Assembly: GCA_963662285.2 (NCBI GenBank) | Contig: CAXXMV010000001.1 | Span: 512,001 to 576,000, forward strand | Direction: 5' to 3' | Length of the DNA: 64,000 nt | Source: a bacterium | Lineage (GTDB): Bacteria; Hinthialibacterota; Hinthialibacteria; Hinthialibacterales; Hinthialibacteraceae | In this document: positions 29,213-39,675 of the stretch, one piece after another | How the letters are laid out: each line of letters starts with the position of its first letter | Numbering within the stretch: position 1 is the stretch's first letter | Notes under the pieces: generated by a model | What the model was told of the DNA's origin: nothing | What the model saw: only the letters and a program-made list of their open reading frames with translations | Database searches by the model: none | Program-made: the position numbers and the translations under genes

Positions 29213-30283
29213 TTACGCCAGCCACTCATCCAGATGTTCTTGAACGAACTTATCATCATTCAAATGGGGATAAGCGGCGTATATCCGGTCGATTTCTTCC
29301 AATTGACCGGGCGAAAGACCCTCTTTGGGATCAAGACAGTAGTTGTTTTGCATTAAACCTTGACGGCGCAATACCTCATGCAATCCTGCGATGCATCCCG
29401 CAAAACCATTGGGGGCGTCAAAAAATGCGGCGTTGCAATCGGTTACCTGGGTGTTCAGGTTTAAAAAATCGCGTGGGATTAGTTGTTCCGACCGGGCTGC
29501 CCGTGAAATTCTGGCGAAATCCACTGTGACCTGATGAGTCCACACCGCCCAATGGCCTAACAGACCTCCAGCGAACCGTAAGCGAATCGGCTTGCCATTC
29601 ACCAGAACCTCATAATCCGTCAACAGGTCGGCCACGATGTTGTCATCATTGCCTGTATAGAGGATGATGTCGCCAGCGCGTCCTGCTTCGGCGACTGCCC
29701 GGATTACATCAAGCGTCTGATAGCGGTTAAATGGAGCAATCTTGATAGCTGCCGCCTGGGGGATTTCGCAGAATTTTCTCCAGAAATCATAGCCCAGGAT
29801 TCGCCCTCCAACCGATGGCTGCAAATAAAAACCCATCAAAGGTATGACTTCGGCGACGGCTTTTGCATGTTCGACGGCTTGCGCCTCGCTGGCGTCGCGA
29901 AATGCGCTGAGGCTCAACAGCCCCATGTGATAACCCAGATCACGCGCGGTTTCGGCTTCTTTGATGGCCTGCGCCGTGTCGCCGCATATCCCGGAGATGC
30001 GGACAATTTTTTTATCAGGATTCTTCTCCTCAAACTGGTCAATGGTCTCCGCCGCCATTTGCAGAACCGGTTTGAATAGGCCTATTTTGGGATCGCGGAT
30101 TTGAAATTGAGTGGTATGCACGCCAATAGCGATTCCCCCGGCGCCGGACGCCAGATAATAGCGCGTCAAAGCCCGCTGGTGTTGTTCGTCCAGGCGGCGT
30201 TCGTTATCCACAGCTAGTGGGTGCGCAGGTATCACTGTACCACGGGAAAGAATGTCTTTGAGATTATCAGCAAGAATGGGCAT
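29213..30283 (-). CDS. Dihydrodipicolinate synthase (NAL superfamily)-like lyase of unknown substrate
   Basis: VIPAHPLA, GVHTTQF, FYLQ, IKIAPF and YTGNDD motifs. ATG 30283 preferred; the track start runs through a REP. Confidence 0.82.
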   Translation of the reverse strand: MPILADNLKDILSRGTVIPAHPLAVDNERRLDEQHQRALTRYYLASGAGGIAIGVHTTQFQIRDPKIGLFKPVLQMAAETIDQFEEKNPDKKIVRISGICGDTAQAIKEAETARDLGYHMGLLSLSAFRDASEAQAVEHAKAVAEVIPLMGFYLQPSVGGRILGYDFWRKFCEIPQAAAIKIAPFNRYQTLDVIRAVAEAGRAGDIILYTGNDDNIVADLLTDYEVLVNGKPIRLRFAGGLLGHWAVWTHQVTVDFARISRAARSEQLIPRDFLNLNTQVTDCNAAFFDAPNGFAGCIAGLHEVLRRQGLMQNNYCLDPKEGLSPGQLEEIDRIYAAYPHLNDDKFVQEHLDEWLA

Positions 30284-30333
30284 GGTTTTATCTAATGACC
30301 TCCCCTTTGTAATTAACTCAAGTAATTTGAAAA

Positions 30334-30371
30334 TCCCCCTCACCCTAGCCCTCTCCCGGCGGGAGAGGGGA
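30334..30371 (-). repeat. BoxC-like palindromic repeat
   Basis: The reverse complement matches 21926-21963 at 37 of 38 positions. Confidence 0.85.
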
Positions 30372-30383
30372 CTTGGATGCTCA

Positions 30384-30977
30384 TCATAACGGGAAATATT
30401 TTTCCACGGTGCGTTTGACTTCATCAAGCCATCGGCGTCGTTCTTCATCCGTACTAGTTATCACTATAGTAAAAGATTTACGGAAAAACCGGGTTACTCC
30501 ACATAGACCGAAGATGCAGTTCTTCCAGATGGTTTCCAGTGGATCGCCGAATACCTTCTGTTCACGCTCCGGCGCTGTGTTGCTGGTGTTGAATACCAAT
30601 GCCGCTTTGGCTTTCAGCAATCCGACGGGGACGCCTTCGCCTCCGTCCTCACCGACAAACTCATAGGCCGCGCCAGGGCGGATGACACGGTCAATCCAGC
30701 CTTTGATGATCGCGGGAGGCGCTCCCCACCAATTAGGATGCACAACCACAATGCCATCGGCTTCCGTTAGTTCGCGGCAATGTTGTTCAATCACCGGATC
30801 AAGTTCTGCATCTTTAGGCATCTCTGCACCGGTCAGGATCGGATCGAATCCTTCATCATGCAGATCATGGAAAATCACCTCATGTCCAGAGGATTGCAGC
30901 GTTTGCACAGTTGTTTGCGCTATGGCGTGGTTAAAACTATCTTTGCTAGGATGTCCCAGAATAACCAGTATTTTCAA
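30384..30977 (-). CDS. NAD(P)H-dependent oxidoreductase, flavodoxin-2 (MdaB/KefF-like)
   Basis: GHPSKDSFN and HPNWWGAPPAIIKGWIDRV motifs. Confidence 0.9.
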   Translation of the reverse strand: MKILVILGHPSKDSFNHAIAQTTVQTLQSSGHEVIFHDLHDEGFDPILTGAEMPKDAELDPVIEQHCRELTEADGIVVVHPNWWGAPPAIIKGWIDRVIRPGAAYEFVGEDGGEGVPVGLLKAKAALVFNTSNTAPEREQKVFGDPLETIWKNCIFGLCGVTRFFRKSFTIVITSTDEERRRWLDEVKRTVEKYFPL

Positions 30978-30993
30978 AATAAACGCCTCTCTA

Positions 30994-33900
30994 TCATCGA
31001 ACGCGAACGATTTGGCTTCTGACCATATCGCTCACTAAAACATCTCCTTGCGGCGTAACCGTTATGCCGATAGGCAATCTTAGTGGTTTCTTGTCTAGAC
31101 CGTTACGTAGTTTACTCTTCAATTCACCATCAAGAGAATAAACGTGGACGCTGGCTTCTTTGGGATCGGTCAGATAAACCATTCCATCGACCGTGCAGGC
31201 AACATGGCTTTCAAATCCACCCTCGCCTGTCCAGGTCGTCTGGATGGGCCATCCGCCAACCAGGATGCCTTCTGGAGTGAATATACGCACACGCTTATTT
31301 AAACTGTCTACTACAATGATATTTCCATCAGGCGTGATATCGATTCCCACTGGTTCCAGCAGAGCCTCATCGCCGAATTCTTCAACAGTTCCTTTTTTAC
31401 CCCAGGTTTGCAGTATCTTGCCATCTGGAGTGATTACGACAATGCGTCCGCCGCCGGTGTCAGTAATATAGATTAAGCGCCATTTGGGATGAAAAACGAT
31501 GCCGCGCGGTCCATAGAAACTGGATGGAGACGCGCCCAGAAAGATGCCGTTGGAATCATATACCACCACGCGGGAATTCCAGGTATCAATGACATAAATC
31601 CGCCCGTTTTGGGGGTCAATGGTCAAATCGTTGGGTTCATTGAACTGTCCGTTGTTAGTGCCTTTTTCGCCGGTTTTCCAGGCATAAGCGCCGTTGGGAT
31701 GAAAAGCCTGAAAGCGGTTGTTGAAGGTATCGGCCACGAAGATGGCGCCTGATGCATCAGCCACAATCCCGCGCGGCTCATTGAAAAGCCCGTTATCATC
31801 GCCTTTGCCTCCCTGGAACAGAGAGGCGCCTTTTTCTGGAGGTTGCAACGCCGGAGGCAGCGATGGCTTAGCGGCTATTTCAGTTTCCATACCATATATA
31901 CGGTTCAAACTACGATTGACTTTGAAGATTGATGTATCGTTGTTGCGGTATTCCAGTTGCAGAACGCCGCCCATGTTTTCCAGGTTCTTTAATCCCTCGG
32001 CGCCTAATGGCATTCGTTCGTTTTGGTCTCCACGGCGGGTATTGCGTTCAACTTCTCCAAAGATCAAATATTCGACCTGATATTTACCCAACAGGTTTAA
32101 CGCCTCTTTGGGATTCTGGGTGGTATAGATTCGCTCCATATCATTCACCCTGCGGTTTACTATATAAGCAATATGATTCAAGCGTTCGCGTGTATGATGG
32201 GGCCAGCCGACGATGGTTGGCAATCCAGTATAAGAACTGAATCGCGCGTGGTTTCCGCCATGACGGTAAGCCGTCTCAACGATGCGCGTACTATCCGGCA
32301 AAAATCTATTACACCATTGCACCGCAGAATACGCTCCATAATTTTCATGGCGCAGATATGCATAAGCATCCAGCGTTGGAGTAGGCATGCGGGCGTCATG
32401 CGTTCCACCGCTCGCTTTGGTAACCAGCACCGGACCGAGTATGGCGAAGGGCAGAGTTATAAACAGAATCGGGATCAATAAAAACGCGCCTACTACGGTT
32501 GCTTGCGTCCTGGCGCTGAAACCGCGCGATATCCATTTTCCGGCATACTTGTTTAGCCGTATTATCTGATCAGGAATCCAAAAGATACTGATAGCCGCCA
32601 ATATTGATAGATAGTGCCAGACCTGGATATTGAATTTGAATACGGTGTTCCAACGATGTGATGGAGGCGCCATGCCTTCGTTGATATAAAATATTTCAAT
32701 ACCCAGCGACAGGCCTAAACCAAGTACGCCAATCAAGCATGTGAAGACAAATTCCGGGCTGTATTTCCGGCGCCACATCATCAAGAACAGGATCATCAAA
32801 AACGGCAGGAACAATCCGATGATGCTGTAATTAAATGGGAAATTAGGATCAGAAGCTGGCGGGAAGCCAAACAGATTCTTGCGCGTAATCATGATGGCCA
32901 AGGCCACCGACAACATAAAGCAACTGGCGAACAAAGCCGCCCGAATAACGGTGCGCCGCATTGTGATTCGTCCATCTTTACCCAGAACCGCCAGTAGAAT
33001 CGCGGCGATGCATACTGGTATTAACAAATGACCCAGATAGCCCAGGTAAGTGGGAAGCAAGGTGTTGCCTTCGGTCATGACGCCGACCGAACTCACCCGC
33101 GACACGAAATTGGTGTGGAACGGGATAAACAATAGTACGCTGAATCCCAGGATCATCACAATCTGGGTAATGGGGAAGCGCAGGTAATTATGCCAACATT
33201 TGGGCGATATCCACTCGCTACGCACCATGGGCTGACCGAACATGTCGTATTCACGATAGAACTTGACGGCGGTTATTAGCAGCAGAGCAATGCCCAGGGC
33301 GGGAAGATCCCAGGTATTGGTGCAGATCACCGTACCGAGCAACAACCCCAGGAAGAAGGTTAAACCGAAGGTATTGCCTACACGGTGAGTTTCGCGGGGT
33401 TGGGCGAAATAGTTATAGAGCAAAACCATAAAAGCGAAGGTGAATGGAATCACCAGCTGGTGCGCATGCATATCTTGGAAAAGATGGGTCCAGGCCGGGA
33501 ACTCGTTGGCTACTGTATGTGGAATAATGCGCGACGATTTCCAGAAGATTTCATCATAATGCAACTCGCGGAAACTGGCTTCGATTTCGGGCGTACCTCT
33601 GCCTATATAGTAGAGGATCGCATTCCACATCTTATCGCCTATATCACTAAATCTATTGAGGCATTCCCTGAAACCGACATTGGCCGCCATTTCCGGGTTT
33701 CCATTACGAATCAGATCATACTTAATGAAATTTATATAACTGATAACATGTCCCGCGAAACAACCGAAATACATGGCTATCAACGCAATTATGGCGCTAC
33801 GCGCCAGGGTGTAAGCCAGGGTGAAGATAGCCAGCGCGGATAAAGCCGAAACCGTGGCGCCGCCGATATTAAACAGATACTCCGGCGGCAACCCCGCAAA

Positions 33901-36807
33901 ACGTCCTACTATAGATATAGCGGCATGGCCGTAGTAGTAATAATTAATAGAATGCCCTGAAGCCCAGGGGTCTTCTGGCGGGAATGTCTCCGCACGGTAA
34001 ACAGCGTTGATGAAGGCCATGTTCATGTGCTTCTCGCCGCCGATAGCTGCGGGATGATAAGCGCGGGTTCCCATGAATATGGCGAGTACTAGCAGGAAGA
34101 CCAGTTCCAAACCAATCAGCAGTATCCATTTTTGCTTCAAGAACTTGATTATGTCGTCCTTATGACGCCGGGCTATGGCGCCAGCCAGGACTGTCATACC
34201 AGTTAGGATGAAAACGCCTTGCATATAGGAAAGGTTCATTAATCCAGTTGATGCGCTGAACCATGAAATCCAGGCGAATAAGGCGATGCCTACAATCTTG
34301 GATATACCGTATCCCCGGTCAGGCAAAAACGCCGCGATAGGGAACAATAGGAAGAATGCAATCCAGCCCAGCACGAATATAAAGATCAGCCACTGCAATA
34401 CTGGATAATCGGGCGGGGTGGAGAATACCGGATATCCATCCCTGATGTTTAAGATTTCCTGATCAGTAATCCGGTTGACCCAATCAGGTGGATTCTGGAT
34501 AAGGTCGCGCAATTGTTCCTGAGAAAAATCTTGGGTTTTCTCGAAAATAATAACCTTGGGGTGATCGTATACCCGCGCCGTTTCGTCTTCATCATCAACC
34601 CGGAATTCATAACCAAGGAACCGGGGGGGATTAGTGAAAACCTTGGCTACCTTAAAGCCCAACTGTTCGGCGAAGAATGCGCGTAGAAACTTGTTGGTTA
34701 CCGGGAACCTGTCGGGGTTTTGCAGCGTGGTTCCATAACCGCGCTTACTGGGGAAAACGATGTAATCAAACTTATTGAGCATCATCGCCAGATAACGGAT
34801 TCGCTCTGCGGGAGAGCGCAACTCTTGATCCGCGTCGGTGTGGATGCCGATTTCATCTTTGCTTTCTATATGGATATTAATGCCGTTATCCCAGTTGTTT
34901 TTGGTTATTAACGCTCCGTGCTTCATGTGTCCTCGCACCCATTGACCTGCCTCGCCCAGGGTATGAGGACGGTTGTATATGCCGACATAGGATGTTGCGT
35001 AAATCAAACCGCAGATCAGCGCCGTAGCGCCGCCGACCATGCCAAACGTCTTAAATGCCTTTTTCCATCTTTCGCTCACTCCAGGCATATAGGGCGAATA
35101 GAATTTGGGACGGATGCTTATCAGCGCGGTTATCCAACGGGCGCCTAGAACCATCATCACGGGCAGGATGGCGTCCATATAACGCGGGAATTTACTATGC
35201 ATGCTGCTGTAAATAATGAAACTTGGTATCACCCAGGCGCAAAGCAGCAAATCGGGACGCGAGCCATCCCGGAACAGTTGCGCAAAAGCAAAAATGCAGC
35301 CGCCTATCACTAAGAACGCCGTCACCCAATCCAGCGAGGGGTAGAACAGATTATCCAGCGAATAAATAACTGGCAGGGTATTGCGGTATTGTTGGGTAAA
35401 TACAATGGGGTGTTCGCCAGTAGCGTTATACTGGCTTTGCTCAGCGATGCTCTTGCCAAACTCTTTAGCGTCAAAATAGGCCATTGGTTCGGCGACCATG
35501 AACGCAACTAAACCAACAACGACAGCAATGCTCAGCCATACCCAGGGGCGGTAGATGCGCACCGCCGGCATAAACCAGCCGACCTGTCCGCCATGCCATC
35601 TTTTTCTAAGAATCAATAGATAAAGGCTGCCGAGAAAGAGTAGTATTTCGCCTACGGCGAAGAACCATTTATACGACCAGTAGAAATCCCTGAACGCGGC
35701 GAAGGTCACATCAACTGGTGGATTGTTGGACTTGGCGGCCATGAAGAAATGCGCCAGGAATACTGCTGTGTATAATAACCAGACCGAGTGAATCCAGCGC
35801 CCTACTTTACCCTGACGCTCATCGCCCAGCGTTGCCATAGCATGGGCGATCAACAGTATGCCCGGCAGGGTGATTCCGCTCCACTTGGTTCCCACTGCGA
35901 ATCCAGTGCAGATGGCGCCGAGAATATACCAGTAAAGTCTCGGCTTCTGACTGATTTTAAGGAAGCAATAGACCGCCGCAGTGGTCAGGAAACCCAGGAT
36001 TACGTCAGTAGTGGCGAAATGGCTGGTCTGTACATGCAGCATGGCGGCGGCCAGCATGGCCGCCGCGATAAGTCCGGTGACGCGGTTGTAGGCGTCGCGC
36101 CCGATCAGGTAGGCCAGCAGAACCGTCAAACCGCCTGCATAAGCTGTAACCGCGCGTCCGACTAATAGAATCGGTAATGATCCTTGATTATATTTCGACA
36201 AATCAACCGTCAGATTGGGCAGCACCGCCGCCAGCACCAATCCGGTAAATGGAATAAACAAACAGGGGAAAAAGAACATCAAGCGCTGTTCATCTTTATA
36301 CCAGGGAATAAAGCGCCCATCGATCTCGCGCAGGTCGCGCGACAGGCCTATGTACATGCGTAATCCCAAGATAAGTACAAAGGCCAGCAGTATGCCGCTC
36401 AGCCAATCGGGGAACGCCAGGAAATTCCAACCAGTTTCTGCGTTGAAATGTTGTTTCAGATAAATGTCATATAGAGCATAAACATGCAGGGGGAAGGTGC
36501 CATAATTATAGTTGCGGATTCTAAGACCCGGCGACCGCTCTCCTTTTTGGCTTTCATCAACCGTCAGGTTGCGCTGATAAAGTAATTGGGCCTGCTCTTT
36601 AACCGGGAGTTTTAACTCCTCCTCAGTTAATCCCTGGAAATTCAGGTCGTCATTGGCGCAAGATTGATAATGCCATTCGTCGGGATGTTGGGAACCTATG
36701 CCGTCTTTGAATCCCCAATCCATGCCATAGAAACGTAAATAAAGGGCGAGCGCGAATATCGCCAGCAGCGTAAGTGCAGATAAGATGCGTTTGACAGCTG
36801 AGTTCAT
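30994..36807 (-). CDS. 1937-aa multi-pass membrane protein: GT-C (PMT-like) domain + DUF2298/YYY domain + NHL beta-propeller
   Basis: N-terminal HPDE after TM1, SHFATTD and KFPRY; central GGEKHM, PPEDPWASGHSINYYYYGH, NEFP and NTVFKF; C-terminal FNEPRGI/FYGPRGI NHL repeats. Confidence 0.82.
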   Translation of the reverse strand: MNSAVKRILSALTLLAIFALALYLRFYGMDWGFKDGIGSQHPDEWHYQSCANDDLNFQGLTEEELKLPVKEQAQLLYQRNLTVDESQKGERSPGLRIRNYNYGTFPLHVYALYDIYLKQHFNAETGWNFLAFPDWLSGILLAFVLILGLRMYIGLSRDLREIDGRFIPWYKDEQRLMFFFPCLFIPFTGLVLAAVLPNLTVDLSKYNQGSLPILLVGRAVTAYAGGLTVLLAYLIGRDAYNRVTGLIAAAMLAAAMLHVQTSHFATTDVILGFLTTAAVYCFLKISQKPRLYWYILGAICTGFAVGTKWSGITLPGILLIAHAMATLGDERQGKVGRWIHSVWLLYTAVFLAHFFMAAKSNNPPVDVTFAAFRDFYWSYKWFFAVGEILLFLGSLYLLILRKRWHGGQVGWFMPAVRIYRPWVWLSIAVVVGLVAFMVAEPMAYFDAKEFGKSIAEQSQYNATGEHPIVFTQQYRNTLPVIYSLDNLFYPSLDWVTAFLVIGGCIFAFAQLFRDGSRPDLLLCAWVIPSFIIYSSMHSKFPRYMDAILPVMMVLGARWITALISIRPKFYSPYMPGVSERWKKAFKTFGMVGGATALICGLIYATSYVGIYNRPHTLGEAGQWVRGHMKHGALITKNNWDNGINIHIESKDEIGIHTDADQELRSPAERIRYLAMMLNKFDYIVFPSKRGYGTTLQNPDRFPVTNKFLRAFFAEQLGFKVAKVFTNPPRFLGYEFRVDDEDETARVYDHPKVIIFEKTQDFSQEQLRDLIQNPPDWVNRITDQEILNIRDGYPVFSTPPDYPVLQWLIFIFVLGWIAFFLLFPIAAFLPDRGYGISKIVGIALFAWISWFSASTGLMNLSYMQGVFILTGMTVLAGAIARRHKDDIIKFLKQKWILLIGLELVFLLVLAIFMGTRAYHPAAIGGEKHMNMAFINAVYRAETFPPEDPWASGHSINYYYYGHAAISIVGRFAGLPPEYLFNIGGATVSALSALAIFTLAYTLARSAIIALIAMYFGCFAGHVISYINFIKYDLIRNGNPEMAANVGFRECLNRFSDIGDKMWNAILYYIGRGTPEIEASFRELHYDEIFWKSSRIIPHTVANEFPAWTHLFQDMHAHQLVIPFTFAFMVLLYNYFAQPRETHRVGNTFGLTFFLGLLLGTVICTNTWDLPALGIALLLITAVKFYREYDMFGQPMVRSEWISPKCWHNYLRFPITQIVMILGFSVLLFIPFHTNFVSRVSSVGVMTEGNTLLPTYLGYLGHLLIPVCIAAILLAVLGKDGRITMRRTVIRAALFASCFMLSVALAIMITRKNLFGFPPASDPNFPFNYSIIGLFLPFLMILFLMMWRRKYSPEFVFTCLIGVLGLGLSLGIEIFYINEGMAPPSHRWNTVFKFNIQVWHYLSILAAISIFWIPDQIIRLNKYAGKWISRGFSARTQATVVGAFLLIPILFITLPFAILGPVLVTKASGGTHDARMPTPTLDAYAYLRHENYGAYSAVQWCNRFLPDSTRIVETAYRHGGNHARFSSYTGLPTIVGWPHHTRERLNHIAYIVNRRVNDMERIYTTQNPKEALNLLGKYQVEYLIFGEVERNTRRGDQNERMPLGAEGLKNLENMGGVLQLEYRNNDTSIFKVNRSLNRIYGMETEIAAKPSLPPALQPPEKGASLFQGGKGDDNGLFNEPRGIVADASGAIFVADTFNNRFQAFHPNGAYAWKTGEKGTNNGQFNEPNDLTIDPQNGRIYVIDTWNSRVVVYDSNGIFLGASPSSFYGPRGIVFHPKWRLIYITDTGGGRIVVITPDGKILQTWGKKGTVEEFGDEALLEPVGIDITPDGNIIVVDSLNKRVRIFTPEGILVGGWPIQTTWTGEGGFESHVACTVDGMVYLTDPKEASVHVYSLDGELKSKLRNGLDKKPLRLPIGITVTPQGDVLVSDMVRSQIVRVR

Positions 36808-37008
36808 GATTGCATTTATGCTCCATAAATATTGGCTGGTTCCTATAAACCAGCGGATAATTGTTTTGCTTATTAGTTTAACAAAAACAGTACATTATTT
36901 ATACGATATTCAACAATTCATATTCCATCGATAATCTATGATGCGCTTTTTTATATGTAGAATACAAGGATAATATAACATAATAAGGTATAACGTATTT
37001 ATAGTTAT

Positions 37009-37698
37009 ATGAGTTATCCCATTAAAAAAAGGTCTATTCCATTGAAAGCAAACGACATACATCAAATTGTGCCTATCCTACGGCAAGAGGTCAAGAAATG
37101 GAAGACTCCGGCGGTTACCATTGTTGCGGATGATACGAGCAATCCCTTTTACGTGCTGGTCTCCTGTCTGCTTAGTTTAAGAACCAAAGACGAAACCACC
37201 GCCGCAGCGTTCCGCCGTTTGAATGAGAAAGTGCGTAAGCCCCAGGATATTCTGGACATTCCGGTTGATGAAATAGCGCAAATAATCTATCCGGTCGGCT
37301 TCTATAACCAAAAGGCCAAGCAACTTCATGCCATAGCCCACGACTTAATTGAAAAGTTCGACGGAAAAACCCCGGATACCATAGAAGAACTGCTAACCCT
37401 AAAGGGAGTGGGACGCAAAACCGCTAACTTAGTGGTCACCCGCGGCCATAACAAACCCGGCATCTGCGTTGATACTCATGTACACCGCATCTCCAACCGC
37501 TGGGGATACATCAAGACCAAGACCCCGGATCAAAGCGAATTCGCCCTCCGCGAAAAACTCCCCCCCCAGTATTGGATCGAGATCAATGATCTAATGGTAG
37601 CCTTCGGCCAAAACCTATGCGCCCCAATCTCGCCCAAATGCTCGCAATGCAAACTGACCGAGTTTTGCGAGAAAAATGGGGTTGAGAAGCATCGGTAG
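37009..37698 (+). CDS. nth: Endonuclease III
   Basis: HhH motif LKGVGRKTAN, VDTHVHRI and a C-x6-C-x2-C-x5-C 4Fe-4S motif. Confidence 0.93.
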   Translation: MSYPIKKRSIPLKANDIHQIVPILRQEVKKWKTPAVTIVADDTSNPFYVLVSCLLSLRTKDETTAAAFRRLNEKVRKPQDILDIPVDEIAQIIYPVGFYNQKAKQLHAIAHDLIEKFDGKTPDTIEELLTLKGVGRKTANLVVTRGHNKPGICVDTHVHRISNRWGYIKTKTPDQSEFALREKLPPQYWIEINDLMVAFGQNLCAPISPKCSQCKLTEFCEKNGVEKHR

Positions 37699-37726
37699 GG
37701 GGGGGCAATTTATCGTGGGTGGTTTT

Positions 37727-37764
37727 CAAGGGCTGAGCGCAATGCGCTCTTGCCATTGGCGCCC
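37727..37764 (+). repeat. 38-bp dispersed palindromic repeat (copy 3 of 3)
   Basis: CAAGGGCTGAGCGCAATGCGCTCTTGCCATTGGCGCCC. Confidence 0.85.
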
Positions 37765-37913
37765 AGTATTGTCCATCTATCTCTGATTAAAAAAACGCTG
37801 GGTAATATAATGTTAAAGTTTCATTTAACACCAATTGAAATTTAGAATATCCGTTGTAAAAGGTGTAATTAGTCCGTTAGTAGTGGGTTATCCGATTCCT
37901 TTAACGTATATTT

Positions 37914-39548
37914 CTATTTACCATTGGTATAACTTAATCCTTTGAGTGATCCTACAATTGGTAGGTGAATATAGGATGCGTGTTCTCCACCCATATAGAT
38001 TGTTTGTTTTGCTTTGACTGCATTCTCAATGCTATCGTTCGGAACACCTGTATTGGGATTTGGTTCAAACCATGGAGACCAACTGCTTGTTATGGATACG
38101 CGAATTTTATGGCCTTTATTAAATACCATACTAGTACTGAGTAAGTCGATCTCAATCCTATACATGTTTCTAGGCTTTGCGAGTTCATGTTTTTCTAAAG
38201 AATTTCTAAAACTGAGACGTTGTATCCCTGTCGAAAGAATCAAACTACGTCCATCTGGATAAACATCGCTTATGGTAACTACAAAATCGGTATCAACAGT
38301 ACTTGTAGATATATACAAAATAGCTTGCATTTCTCCAGTAACTTCAATTGGTTCTTTTAATACGGGTGTACTAAATACAATAACATCATCACGTTTTTCG
38401 TTCTCTCGTTGATCTAGTGGACCGAAAGGCGGTGTTTGACCTCCAGTTGAAGGTACAGGATGATGGGGATCATAGATAAAGTTAACTTTACCGTTGCTTG
38501 GTTTAGAGAATTGTAAAATACTTTGATCATTGATATAGAATGGAACAAGTTTTGATTCTTTAGGAGGCCATGTTGAGGTTGTTTTCCACTCGTTGCCTGG
38601 AGCTTTTCCCCCTGGAAGTTCACCCATTGTATAATATTTTATTGTAGGCTGTTTAGGGTATGGTTTACCTAACAGCCAATGATCTACCAAATTTGCTTGA
38701 TCACTAATTTCTTCAAATGTACAACTATTTGGGAAAGAATAACCACCAGGTTTGTTTTCACCATGTCCCCACGGGCCTATAACTATATGAATATTCTCTT
38801 TTGCTTTAGAGCCTCCTTTTTCCTTAATGGCTCTAAATGTTTCGATTGTTCCTTTCGAACAAAACAAATCATACCAACCCGTTAACATGAAAATCGGCCA
38901 ATTAACTTTATCTGCTCGTTCTAGGATTTGTTGTGTTTTCCAGTAATTATCATAAGTATAATGAGAACGAAGTATCTTCTGTGATTCTTCTTTTAGTTTA
39001 AGGTAGTCAACAAGAAATTCGGAGAACATTTTATGGAACACACCATTTGTATAATATGCACGATAATTGCCATCTGCTGATATTATTAAATGTTGCCCCA
39101 CAATCCCCCTGGGGCCGGTACCTGCTAATAATATTTGCGTTGCTCCGAGAGCAGATCCACCTGTTGTTGCAATTTTCCCATTGCACCATTTTTGAGTAAG
39201 AATCCATTCAACTGTGTCATAACCGTCTTGCAACTCTCCCCAGCCATTTGAAGAAAGAAAACAATAATCTCCCTCTGACTCACCAGTACCACGAACGTCT
39301 TGTATTACAACGGCTATCCCTCTTGATAATGGTGACTCTTGCTCTTCTCGAGTTCCTTTCCCATAAGGGGACATAGATAATCTAACAGGCCAAGGACCAT
39401 CATCCTTATCAGGAAGGTATACTTTTGTCGCTAATTGAATACCATCCCGCATTTCAACCATATAAGTTTTAGTTGTCCATGCTTTTTCAGCGAATACAGA
39501 ACCAATAATGAAAACAGAGATAAGCAATAAATATATTAGTCGGTTCAT
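37914..39548 (-). CDS. Secreted CocE/NonD (S15) family hydrolase
   Basis: Signal peptide; MRDGIQLAT, QDVRGTGESEG, DGYDTVEW, GGSALG, GWYD and GPWGH motifs. Confidence 0.9.
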   Translation of the reverse strand: MNRLIYLLLISVFIIGSVFAEKAWTTKTYMVEMRDGIQLATKVYLPDKDDGPWPVRLSMSPYGKGTREEQESPLSRGIAVVIQDVRGTGESEGDYCFLSSNGWGELQDGYDTVEWILTQKWCNGKIATTGGSALGATQILLAGTGPRGIVGQHLIISADGNYRAYYTNGVFHKMFSEFLVDYLKLKEESQKILRSHYTYDNYWKTQQILERADKVNWPIFMLTGWYDLFCSKGTIETFRAIKEKGGSKAKENIHIVIGPWGHGENKPGGYSFPNSCTFEEISDQANLVDHWLLGKPYPKQPTIKYYTMGELPGGKAPGNEWKTTSTWPPKESKLVPFYINDQSILQFSKPSNGKVNFIYDPHHPVPSTGGQTPPFGPLDQRENEKRDDVIVFSTPVLKEPIEVTGEMQAILYISTSTVDTDFVVTISDVYPDGRSLILSTGIQRLSFRNSLEKHELAKPRNMYRIEIDLLSTSMVFNKGHKIRVSITSSWSPWFEPNPNTGVPNDSIENAVKAKQTIYMGGEHASYIHLPIVGSLKGLSYTNGK

Positions 39549-39675
39549 TGAATATCCTTTGCCTGATCAAATACGGAGAATAAATTGATGAATTAACATA
39601 TCATATTTGGGTGACAATTACAATCCAGGAGGTATACATAAACTCCTGAACATCCAGATTAAGACAAAAACCACC

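Noticed and set aside
30284-30448. ORF-track N-terminal extension of the DHDPS-like gene
   Set aside because: It translates a BoxC-like repeat (PSPLSRRERARVRG) and overlaps the upstream gene.
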